Below are positions 34,507-43,575 of a DNA stretch of 64,000 nt, one piece after another. The stretch's first letter is position 1; each line of letters starts with the position of its first letter. Under the pieces are notes generated by a model. The model worked only from the letters and a program-made list of their open reading frames with translations, did not search any database and was not told the DNA's origin. Position numbers and translations under genes: made by a program. Source of the stretch: Schizochytrium sp. TIO01 (taxonomy: Eukaryota; Protista; Bigyra: Labyrinthulomycetes); contig SMSO01000031.1 in NCBI GenBank assembly GCA_004764695.1, positions 7,608,761 through 7,672,760 of the forward strand, read 5' to 3'.

Positions 34507-35811
34507 ATGGGAAATGGCAGGAGTCGCCAACGATCGCGAGGGCTCAGCAAAAGCGTGGAAGGCGACGTAGACGATGTCGCATACCTTCTCAGATCGCATA
34601 GTGACGGAGGAAGCTCGCTGCTTTCAGCTAGCTCATCATTCATATCTGACTCCTCATTTGAAATTGACGCTTCAGTCATCTGGCGTCAAGACTCTCAGTG
34701 TAGTCCTCCCCCCCGACGAAAGAGCTTTCTCCGCAAGCGAAAGCCCCGCCTGGCTCAATGGGACAACGAAGCGGTTGCAGAGGCGCTTGAATCCGGGGCT
34801 CTTTCTACGGTGGTATCTACTGAACAAAGCAAAATAGGTATTCTTGAAGCTGTTGGTGCACCTCCGCTCGGAGTTCGGACGTTTCTGACAAGCGGCTTCG
34901 GCCATCGCACAGAGCTCATTATTCGAATTCTAGACAAAGAGGATCACGAAAAGATAACTCAAGATTTAGAACTACTTGCAGAGTCATTAATGCGACTTTC
35001 CGAGACCTCAGAGGCATCTGCAATTGCTGCGTACAAACTTATTCAGACAGATTTGTTTCCTTGGGATACCAAGGTCATTGCGAGTCAGGGGAAACACCAC
35101 GGCCTAGTTCTATTTCCTGATCCTATGCTAGAGCCGTTGTGCAGCAGTCGTAGTAACTTTCTCGCGATCTTAGCTTTGCAACCTGAGGAGTGGGAACTGG
35201 CCAAGCAGGTACCAAAGATTCCATTGCATGCTTTTGTGTCATCTGAAACAGGGGCAGCAAACCCCCTTCTTGTAAACAGCGTTCGGCGCCCAAGTATACT
35301 TAATCTGGGCGCCTTAGAGGACCTAAAAGGGTATTTACCTGCAGAGGAATCTTCAGCTATGCACCAAAAACTAGGTGCTATTGATTTTTCTGTATCATCA
35401 TCATCCGAGTGCTTCAGCCTTATAATTACCCAAGTCCAAGCGGCAAGTGTTTTTTCGCTCCTAGAGTCACAATTACTCGGAGATGTATTCGGCATGCGGT
35501 CTCTTGAGATAGTTCCTTCAAATGAAGGGCGATCTATCTTGTTCCGCAATCGACGCGACATATCTAACATCGACGAAACCACCTGTACCGACAAAATCGT
35601 GATTGATACTGGTGATCGATTTTATGGTTGCCTTATGAGTGAGGTATGGCCCAAAGTATACAATACTGAGCACCCGGTTGATGAAATCAATGATGACCAC
35701 CCCTATTTGAATGGTGAAAGTGATGTATTTATGGTGCGAAAAACCATCGATCTCACCTACGAGTTTGGAGGCCCGTTTCAGTTTCGTATCGTTGTAGTGG
35801 CACACATATAG
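34507..35811 (+). CDS. Suppressor-of-fused (SUFU)-like protein, 434 aa
   Basis: By-eye match to the SUFU N-domain order: FLTSGFGHRTELIIRI, LELLAESLM, FPWD, GLVLFPDPMLEPL, NFLAILALQPEEWELAK, PLLVNSVRRPSI. The following SLIITQ..SLLESQLLG..SILFR resembles SUFU_C. Confidence 0.6.
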   Translation: MGNGRSRQRSRGLSKSVEGDVDDVAYLLRSHSDGGSSLLSASSSFISDSSFEIDASVIWRQDSQCSPPPRRKSFLRKRKPRLAQWDNEAVAEALESGALSTVVSTEQSKIGILEAVGAPPLGVRTFLTSGFGHRTELIIRILDKEDHEKITQDLELLAESLMRLSETSEASAIAAYKLIQTDLFPWDTKVIASQGKHHGLVLFPDPMLEPLCSSRSNFLAILALQPEEWELAKQVPKIPLHAFVSSETGAANPLLVNSVRRPSILNLGALEDLKGYLPAEESSAMHQKLGAIDFSVSSSSECFSLIITQVQAASVFSLLESQLLGDVFGMRSLEIVPSNEGRSILFRNRRDISNIDETTCTDKIVIDTGDRFYGCLMSEVWPKVYNTEHPVDEINDDHPYLNGESDVFMVRKTIDLTYEFGGPFQFRIVVVAHI

Positions 35812-35980
35812 TTCAACTAGGCCATCGATTTTTGGGTGACGGCGCTAACGAGGTAATGCATAGACCTAATTTGTTTCCAATAACAAGAACTATATTAGAG
35901 ACTAATGTGTGAAGAAAGTGGCAAGCGTTCGTCTTTATTAAAATTTGAAGGAAACGTATATTTTACTCTTTTATGAAAAT

Positions 35981-37116
35981 TCAGTATTGCATGACAAGGT
36001 CATCAATAATCTCGAGATTGCTTTGTGTCAAAAGATCTGAAGGCTGTAGGTGCAGCAGTTTAGCGTTTGCTTCAATGTGATTTTTGCTGGTGCTGCGCGG
36101 AAGAATGATGGCGTCTCGCTGAAGAGCCCACAGAAGTACGGTTTCCTGGACAGATCTTGAAGTACGTTTTGCGATTGCCAGTAAAGCTTCATTTTCAAAA
36201 ACGAGGTTTCGTTTGTACGGCTCGCGATACTGCCATTGAGTGCCAAGTGTGCTATATGAAGTGTACGCTATTCGGTGTTGCTCACACTCTGCTCGAACAT
36301 CTGCATCTTGGTGAAAGGGATCCATCCAATTCTGTACGACGTGTGGAGTGACCCTGGCCTCGCTCATGCACCGTGCAATTTCGTAGCGTCCAACATTGGA
36401 GAGTCCAATGGCACGGATTGTCCCTTTATCGTAATATTCCTCTAGTACGCTGTATGCTTCCAGCCAATCGCCCTCTGGATCCACGCCCTGGCACGCGGGA
36501 ATCCAGGAGCCACAAACTGGGTAATGAAGCAAAACCAAGTCAAGATAGCTCGTTTGAAGCCGCACAAGCATGTTTTCAATGGCAGCATGGGTTCGTGTTC
36601 TACCGAGATTTTTCGGGTGAACCTTGGTTGTCAAAAAGAGGTCTTCTCGTGAGACAGCAGGTGTCTCATTAAGGTACTTTGTGAGAGCACGGCCTAAGGC
36701 TGCATCATCATACCACTCTGTTGCCTCCGCGCCGTCAAAGTGGCGAAATCCTGCCTCTAAGGCGTATCTCACAACCCTTTCCGTCTCGGCTCCGCGCTTG
36801 TATTTCAATAAGATATCTTCTCTAGTTAGAGTCTGAAATAATGATTAATTCTTTGAGCGGTATTCTCACTGTTTTAGCATCCGCACCTTCCACGCCATGA
36901 CGAACTTACCATGCCTGCAGTGCCAAAGCCTACGCGCGGGATCTTCACGCCATTCCAAAGCTCTTTAGTTTGCAAAACAAACTCACAAGAGGAATCTCCG
37001 TCTCCATCGCTGATGTCTGTGCACGAGTCCACGACTTCTTCTGCAAGGACTGAGCAAATTTGCAGAAGATTGCCTAGGAGAGCAAAGACAACGAGAGACC
37101 ACGAGGAAAGCTGCAT
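35981..37116 (-). CDS. Aldo-keto reductase with N-terminal signal peptide; 2 exons (37116-36910, 36796-35981)
   Basis: LWNGVKIPRVGFGTAGM, then GTAAGT donor at 36909, CTAAC branch and AG at 36797 joining in frame to RGAETERVVRYALEAGFRHFDGAE. An in-frame acceptor at 36833 is also possible. Catalytic D, Y, K (TTKV) and H (LLHYP) present; also AIGLSN and ILPRS. Confidence 0.92.
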
Positions 37117-37617
37117 CGTTCTTTAGCGGTGACTCTCGTTTCAGAATTGGTCTATATTTGTTTACCGCCTTTGTCTTTTGGAGGGTTGCCCATATAACAT
37201 AGTGACTTAAACTCCTTTCAAAGTGTGTTCCATAACAAAAACGAAGATCCAACAGCATTTAATATAGCACTGTATAATTAGGAACATTATTTTCAAGGGA
37301 TCCTATTTTGGAAAGTTGTCTAGCTAGGTGCCAATAGACTTATTCAGAATGTATTGGAAATATGAGCCAGGGTAGAAAGAATAAACGGTCGAAATCCATC
37401 TACCTAAGAAGATTCATTATTCATGCTGCTGGCAATTTCCCTTCGACGAAAGCGACGTTGGTGCATCATTCACAATTACACAAACTCAGCTAGTTAGAAA
37501 ATGCTCAAAACTTCAAGTGCCGCAACACTAAAATATATGTAGACAAAGCGTGTAGACAAAGCGTCCTTTTATACTTTCAATTGATCATAAGTTAAGATGT
37601 TTCTATTTATTATTAAT

Positions 37618-39048
37618 TTAAAGCTTTGAAGCAGCATGAGGGGGGTTCTCGTTGCTCTCTTGGCGCTCCTTACTAGACTCGGTTTCACTCTGGTTGCTAG
37701 TTTCTTGTGGCTGCATTTGTCGACGGGTCACTTCGTCTAGTGTCCCATACGCAACGCCATACACATCAAGAAGAGTCTCTGCGTGCAAATAAACAGTGCC
37801 GGACTCAGGTACTAGAATTGCGGATCTCGATAACAAATCGGCGGCATTCCAGGCTCGCTTTGAAGAATAGGTATCTTCTGTGGACTGATGTAACGGCTCA
37901 ACATCTAAAGTCCGAAAATCATTGTCGGAATTTTCAGCCGATAAAGCACGAATAATGCGCTGGAAAAGATCAAGCCGTGCTCGCCGCGGGACCTTATCTG
38001 CAGGAAGAATGAGACGTTTCATGTATGTCTCTGTTGACCAGTAAAATTGCTGCAAAGTACTCTTGAGCCAGACTGGGCTCTCATCCTCATAACCAAATCG
38101 ATGGCGGGAGAGATGGCGACATATGCGATCAACCATAACAGTTGCAAGCGTTTTCTGGCCAGATTTGGACAATTTTGAAACATGATTGATGTGCCGAAGG
38201 GCTAAGCGCTCCGCAACAATACGCACAACACGTTCGTTCTCAAGTTCATCATCACCAGTCTCCTCGAAGGCAAGTAAGACATTTAAGCAGCGTTCTAGTT
38301 CCCAGGCTCGCTTTTTCAGGTCGAACATGTGTACACCAAAAGAACCTGCTAGAAAAAGTGCGCCAGCGCGATAACTGTTAAGAATACGATTGTACATTGT
38401 GGATAGCATGAGTCCAGACGCACCCACTACCACAAGTTTTGCAGCCAGCCCTGATGATGTCAGAAACGAAAGCACTCCCCCAATTTGCTTCAAGCCTCCA
38501 AGGCTAGACGCCATTGCACCGCGAGCAAAACCAGAGGCGCCAGCAGAGGTTCCAGAGCGACTTTGAATGAATGAGATTCCCCCATTGCCCCAGCGGGACT
38601 CACCCGAGTCCCACTGAACACCATAAATGCTCTCAGGGATAAAGAACTGCCCACCATCCTGCTCCAATGAGTTCCAAATTTGCCCAGCTAGAATCTTATA
38701 TTCAATAATTCTATTTCGAAGCCGAATTTTGAGGATTTCGCTAAATTGTACAAGCTGACGCTGCACGATTTCAGCCTTTGCACGTTCTGTAATTTGGAAA
38801 TTTGCCACAGCATCACTCAACATTAAATCAAAGGTTGAATTAATAACCTGGTTCTTGCGATTGGCCTTCGTTAAGGCAACTTTAGAGCTGCGTCCTCGAA
38901 CATTTTGGGGATCGGAACTCGCCAATTCTGACTCGGAACCTTTATTTTCCTCATTATCGCTTTCATCTGCTTCTGCTATATTAGGTTTTGCCCCTCGTCG
39001 AGCTTCAGAAGGTTGCTTTCCAGGTTTCCTTTTGTCAGGTGATGACAT
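37618..39048 (-). CDS. Hypothetical protein, 476 aa, with central Gly-rich hydrophobic segments
   Basis: Long intact ORF with protein-like composition; family not recognised. Confidence 0.8.
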   Translation of the reverse strand: MSSPDKRKPGKQPSEARRGAKPNIAEADESDNEENKGSESELASSDPQNVRGRSSKVALTKANRKNQVINSTFDLMLSDAVANFQITERAKAEIVQRQLVQFSEILKIRLRNRIIEYKILAGQIWNSLEQDGGQFFIPESIYGVQWDSGESRWGNGGISFIQSRSGTSAGASGFARGAMASSLGGLKQIGGVLSFLTSSGLAAKLVVVGASGLMLSTMYNRILNSYRAGALFLAGSFGVHMFDLKKRAWELERCLNVLLAFEETGDDELENERVVRIVAERLALRHINHVSKLSKSGQKTLATVMVDRICRHLSRHRFGYEDESPVWLKSTLQQFYWSTETYMKRLILPADKVPRRARLDLFQRIIRALSAENSDNDFRTLDVEPLHQSTEDTYSSKRAWNAADLLSRSAILVPESGTVYLHAETLLDVYGVAYGTLDEVTRRQMQPQETSNQSETESSKERQESNENPPHAASKL

Positions 39049-39761
39049 GTCGGACTCAGAACCAGCACAGAGGAACCCAAGAGAGAAACCTACGCACAGG
39101 ATTCGGATTGAAGGGTATGCGCGGGCCCTTGCCTAGGCTCTACCTTCCCTTACTTGCCGCAGTACAAAGACAGACAAGGCGTTATAGTTGTAGTTCTGCA
39201 AATTGCAGTCTGGCGAAACAAGGCGCAATACTTTCCGGCAGGTACAGCTACTTAAAATACTAGGAGTGGTGGTACGTCTTTATCGTATTTATTGTTAATA
39301 GATTTTATTGTTAGGGTGACAAGTAAGGAGTCATAAAGCTTGAAGGGCCAATCTCTTGACCAGTATTAGTACATAATTACTACTTTAAAGAAACCATGTA
39401 CAAGCTTGACACAAAAGGAATTTATTGTCAAAGGCTAAGTAGACAACCTCAGAATGTCAATGGTCGAAAGTCTTTATTATCGGCATGGTATGGAATTTGG
39501 CAGAAAGCAAATATTCGATTCCTACAAATGCTTCTTAACATGTCCAAGGTTTACGTTCTATCAAAGCCATGTTCGATATGCAGAGGAAGATAATCAATCG
39601 CTACTCAAACATCTGTGAGACACACAAAGTGCCTTGAATCCACAAACTCATTGTCAATCGCATCATCAGAAATCTATCTAGCATCGTGTTGCTTTAACAA
39701 ACCAGAGCTTACTGATCAATATTGTATAAATTTACAAACTCAAATTAATGAAAGCAAAAGA

Positions 39762-40763
39762 TTACTCTTTCTTTTGCGCAGCAAGCTTGGTATGAATTTT
39801 AATAATAATATCCTCGTCGCGATAACCTTCACAGAGGCTGGCAAATGGAATTGCTTCTTCTTTTGTAAATCCTGCTTCAGAGGCTAGCAAGGACGAGAAC
39901 AGCTGCTCCTGAACACGTGAAGAATTTACTGTGTCCGCTACATGATTTTCAGAATCATTCACAGAGGTTTGTGCAATCTCATCTTGACTCGCGGGCACAT
40001 CCCGAACTTCATAGCATGATACAACTACTGCATACGAACTCGCTTGAGTCAGGTTTGCAATTGTGGCAACTAAGGCCCGCGTTGTGCTAGCGTCACCAGC
40101 ATAAATAAGGTCAGAGCATAAAATCGTGCTGAATGGGCACCTTTTCGCGATCTCAGGTGAGAGTGTTCGATCCCATTCGATGCTCGCGGCTTCAACGTGC
40201 GCAGTGTCAATGTGCGCACTATTGAGCTCAATTTGATGACGAATCCATTCCATTGCAGAAGGCCTTTCAGAAAGGATGACCTCTTGTGCTCCCAACGCGG
40301 CAGCTACAATGCCTGGAAGACCTAGTGCACATCCGAGCTCCACCACGCGTTGTCCCTTGACGAGTTCTACCTTTTGAGTAAGAAAACGTGCTAAAATTCC
40401 AGCACAATCCCAGAGCATCTTATTTTGCTCGCCCACAACTTCATCAATCACAATTGTGGTTTTGGAGTCTGGAAGATGAATTCCGAATTCTGGAATCTGA
40501 CGAAGAAGCGCCCGGTTCTTATTTGAGCGCTCTCGCTTTGCCACCGCTAGAAGTCTGCGCGACTTTTGTGCTTCTGTTTCATCAAAGAGGCTTGAAAATG
40601 TTCTTTCTGACTTATCTCCATTCTCACCAGTACCGTCTACATCATCCCCATCTTCGTCACTATAAGGTGCCCCGCCAAGCCTCGAGAACCAATCTCCATC
40701 TTCGTCGCTGCTGCTTTCTTCACTGTCGCTGCGCGATGGGTTGTGCTCGAATGTGGTGTCCAT
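39762..40763 (-). CDS. Protein-lysine methyltransferase, METTL21 / Methyltransf_16 family
   Basis: LWDCAGILARFL, VVELGCALGLPGIVAA, VILSER, IEW, ILCSDLIY. First ATG at 40763. Confidence 0.9.
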   Translation of the reverse strand: MDTTFEHNPSRSDSEESSSDEDGDWFSRLGGAPYSDEDGDDVDGTGENGDKSERTFSSLFDETEAQKSRRLLAVAKRERSNKNRALLRQIPEFGIHLPDSKTTIVIDEVVGEQNKMLWDCAGILARFLTQKVELVKGQRVVELGCALGLPGIVAAALGAQEVILSERPSAMEWIRHQIELNSAHIDTAHVEAASIEWDRTLSPEIAKRCPFSTILCSDLIYAGDASTTRALVATIANLTQASSYAVVVSCYEVRDVPASQDEIAQTSVNDSENHVADTVNSSRVQEQLFSSLLASEAGFTKEEAIPFASLCEGYRDEDIIIKIHTKLAAQKKE

Positions 40764-41733
40764 GCTGACCACCCAAGTCAGCTCTAGTGGCGACTTCCGC
40801 CTTCGGAAACTCCAAGATAAATGATTTCTATCTACGGTCTAGAGTTGGAGCTTTACGCTCGCAAGCTGCGCAAGCTCAAATTCAAGGCTCTGCTCAACCT
40901 GAGTCCATGAGAGATTGTTCTGCAAATGAGAAGTGGTTGGTTCTCTTGCGTATTATGCACGGACTTGAAAATTCAAAGGTTTTAGTCACATAAATTGTTT
41001 TTATTTTGTCTATACTAGTGAGTACTAATAGATACCTAGGTGCCTGAAGGTAAGTCTAAAGTATGTACTGGACTAAAGGGCAAAATTAATATAGATATAT
41101 ATAGGCCTATATATCTTATTTTTTTGTAATGAAAGATTAAAAAATCAAATCAAAAACCTTTAAAAGCGTTTTTAAAAACAGATTTTCCGTGGAAGACATC
41201 AGGGTGGACATGAAGTCAATTGCAGCAATATAAAAGGTTGACGAAAATTATAAGATCGAGGAAAATTGAATGTATAAATGTATCTATGAATGTGTATAAA
41301 AGTATATAGTTAGAAAATAGGTAGCATCTTGAAAGAGTGGATAGAACACATACCATGTGGCGTGAGTTATCAAAACGCAGTGGGCGTGAAATCATCGCAC
41401 GCATGCAAGAAGGTAAACTTGTGATTATCTCCACATCGTACGCCAGGATGATTGAAGAAAAGACGAGAAATTTCGCAGGAAGAATGTTTGAGAGATCCTA
41501 TGGGTTGCACACATCTGAGTTACCACTCTCTCGATTCTGAAGAGATATGAGACGAAGAGAGAGAGTGGCTCAAAAATCTTACATGTGTGCAGTACCTTCA
41601 TATGATATTAAGGAGAGTGATGCAAACCTTTTATATAAGTAAAGAGGGACACGAAAATTAGCAGGAATGAGACATACAATTTGTACACTGTTGTTCTCTT
41701 CTTGGCATGTTACAGAACTGATGTTAAGACATT

Positions 41734-43575
41734 TTAGGACGAACTGTCGTAAGCTTTACGCAGACGGGAAGGACCCGGTGCTGGACTGTGCATAGGTGGT
41801 GAATAGGGTTGAGGAGACTCATCAGAATAATCCGATCTGATACGGAAGTCATCTGCATCAATGCCTCGAAAGTAATCAGCAGAGTCGAAGCGGTGCACGC
41901 GTGGTGAATGCTCAGCCTGCAAACGCTCACGCGCAGCAGTTGTCGATGCTTCCTTATCATCCTCTTCAGCATCTACATGAGCGTGGTGTGGAGGGCCAAC
42001 CATTGACTTACGGTAGGTGACAGCTTTGTTGCTCAGCTTGCTTGCAAACTGGTGAACTGGCGCTGAAGTGCTACCTTCATCAGTAGCCTTGGATTCAACA
42101 GAGTTGTGTCGGCTGGAAGCACCATCCATTTGTTTAGCAAATCGAGATCTTGCGCTTCGCATGGGAGCGTCACCACCCTCCTTCCTATTAATACGCTTAT
42201 GAAGAAGACGCTGAGCCATTAGGGCACTGGAACTCTGTGGAGAAGCAGCACTGGCAGGTTCGTCAACAAGTCTCATAGGAGCTGGCGGAGGAGTGTTTTT
42301 GTCTCCACGAGGAGGTGACCCCGCCACAAGTTCTTCTTCTGCAGGTACACCTGTGAAAAAGTCTGCGCTGTCAAAACGACGCGTGTGTCGTACAGATCGT
42401 TCAAGGACCACACGACGAGCCTCTTCTCGGACGATTGGTTTATCTCTGGTGGCACGACGTAAAGCAGCATCGTCAGACAGAGCTCCACGAAAGAAGTCAG
42501 CACTATCAAAGCGTGGATGCGAGCCTTGGCGAAGCATATGAGCTCTGTTGCCCTTGTCTTGGCGAGGCGGTTGCTGGTGCTGAGATTCGCGAGAAACGGC
42601 AAACTCAGGGCTCAACGGCGTACCACACTCCAGTGCAAGACAATCGGACTCGTCCACAGAGTCGTTTCGTTTCAATCGCACCTCAGACGAGTGATCTCCA
42701 CTGTTCAGGGGAGAAGCAGTTTTAGTGGGCACTCGCGAAGTTTCAACCTGAAGATTATGCGCACGCATAGAGCGGAGGCGAGGGGGGCTCGTTCCTGCAA
42801 TGTTTTCCTCAGGTTGGAGACCCGTGAAGAAGTCGCCACTATCAAAGCGGCGAGCACGGCGGAATGTACGTTCCAGAAGAGCTCGAGTGCCGTCTTTACG
42901 TGGTTCTACAGTGGGATGCTGCAGCTTATCTGCATTAGAGCCGCGAGGCGTAGGAAATGGCAAGGGCGGGGCAGAACGTCTTGGGAAACGTGAGCTTTTG
43001 ATTGATCTATTTCTACCTGCAGGTGCGGCATCCTCGGTTGGGGTGCACGAATCGGTGCTAGAAACTGGTGAAGGATTGGGTTCGGCTTCAAGGTTTAAAA
43101 GGGCCGATTTTGCAGAAAATCGGGCGTTTCCAAGCCCGCTACGAGCAGTATCCTCTGTGTTGGGGTCGGAGGTCTCTGGGTGATGTTTACTCAACAGCTT
43201 CTCGTGAGTGCTGTGAGCGTGATGATGGCCAATTTCTTCGTTCTGCTCAATTTCCTCAAGGTACTCCTTTTGCTGTTCACGGGGGCGCATAAAGTACTCA
43301 CCAGAGTCAAAATGGCGCATTTCAAATAATCGATGATCAAGAAGCTCTCTGCGTCCTTTCATGACTGAATCAACACGCTGGAAGCCCCGCCCTGAGGTAC
43401 GGTTGAGAAGCTGGTTGCGCAGTGGTGACTGCGGCTGCCCTTGTTGTTGTGTTTCATTCATGAGAGAAGTAGCTGCAGACGAAGATGCAGCGGTGGATGA
43501 AGACGAAGGCGAGTTCTCCACAGATGTTGATGCTGGCATCCGTATGACACTGCCATGTTGGTCACCAGAATCCAT
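41734..43575 (-). CDS. Intrinsically disordered 613-aa protein with five endosulfine/ARPP19-like FDS[GA][DE][FY]F modules
   Basis: FDSGEYF (43291-43311), FDSGDFF (42826-42846), FDSADFF (42490-42510), FDSADFF (42355-42375) and FDSADYF (41869-41889), each preceded by a Leu/Arg-rich segment as in ENSA. Confidence 0.85.
   Translation of the reverse strand: MDSGDQHGSVIRMPASTSVENSPSSSSTAASSSAATSLMNETQQQGQPQSPLRNQLLNRTSGRGFQRVDSVMKGRRELLDHRLFEMRHFDSGEYFMRPREQQKEYLEEIEQNEEIGHHHAHSTHEKLLSKHHPETSDPNTEDTARSGLGNARFSAKSALLNLEAEPNPSPVSSTDSCTPTEDAAPAGRNRSIKSSRFPRRSAPPLPFPTPRGSNADKLQHPTVEPRKDGTRALLERTFRRARRFDSGDFFTGLQPEENIAGTSPPRLRSMRAHNLQVETSRVPTKTASPLNSGDHSSEVRLKRNDSVDESDCLALECGTPLSPEFAVSRESQHQQPPRQDKGNRAHMLRQGSHPRFDSADFFRGALSDDAALRRATRDKPIVREEARRVVLERSVRHTRRFDSADFFTGVPAEEELVAGSPPRGDKNTPPPAPMRLVDEPASAASPQSSSALMAQRLLHKRINRKEGGDAPMRSARSRFAKQMDGASSRHNSVESKATDEGSTSAPVHQFASKLSNKAVTYRKSMVGPPHHAHVDAEEDDKEASTTAARERLQAEHSPRVHRFDSADYFRGIDADDFRIRSDYSDESPQPYSPPMHSPAPGPSRLRKAYDSSS

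Noticed and set aside
28920-35811. A true Hedgehog pathway
   Set aside because: No Hedgehog, Patched, Smoothened or Gli in the window; only shared domain types.
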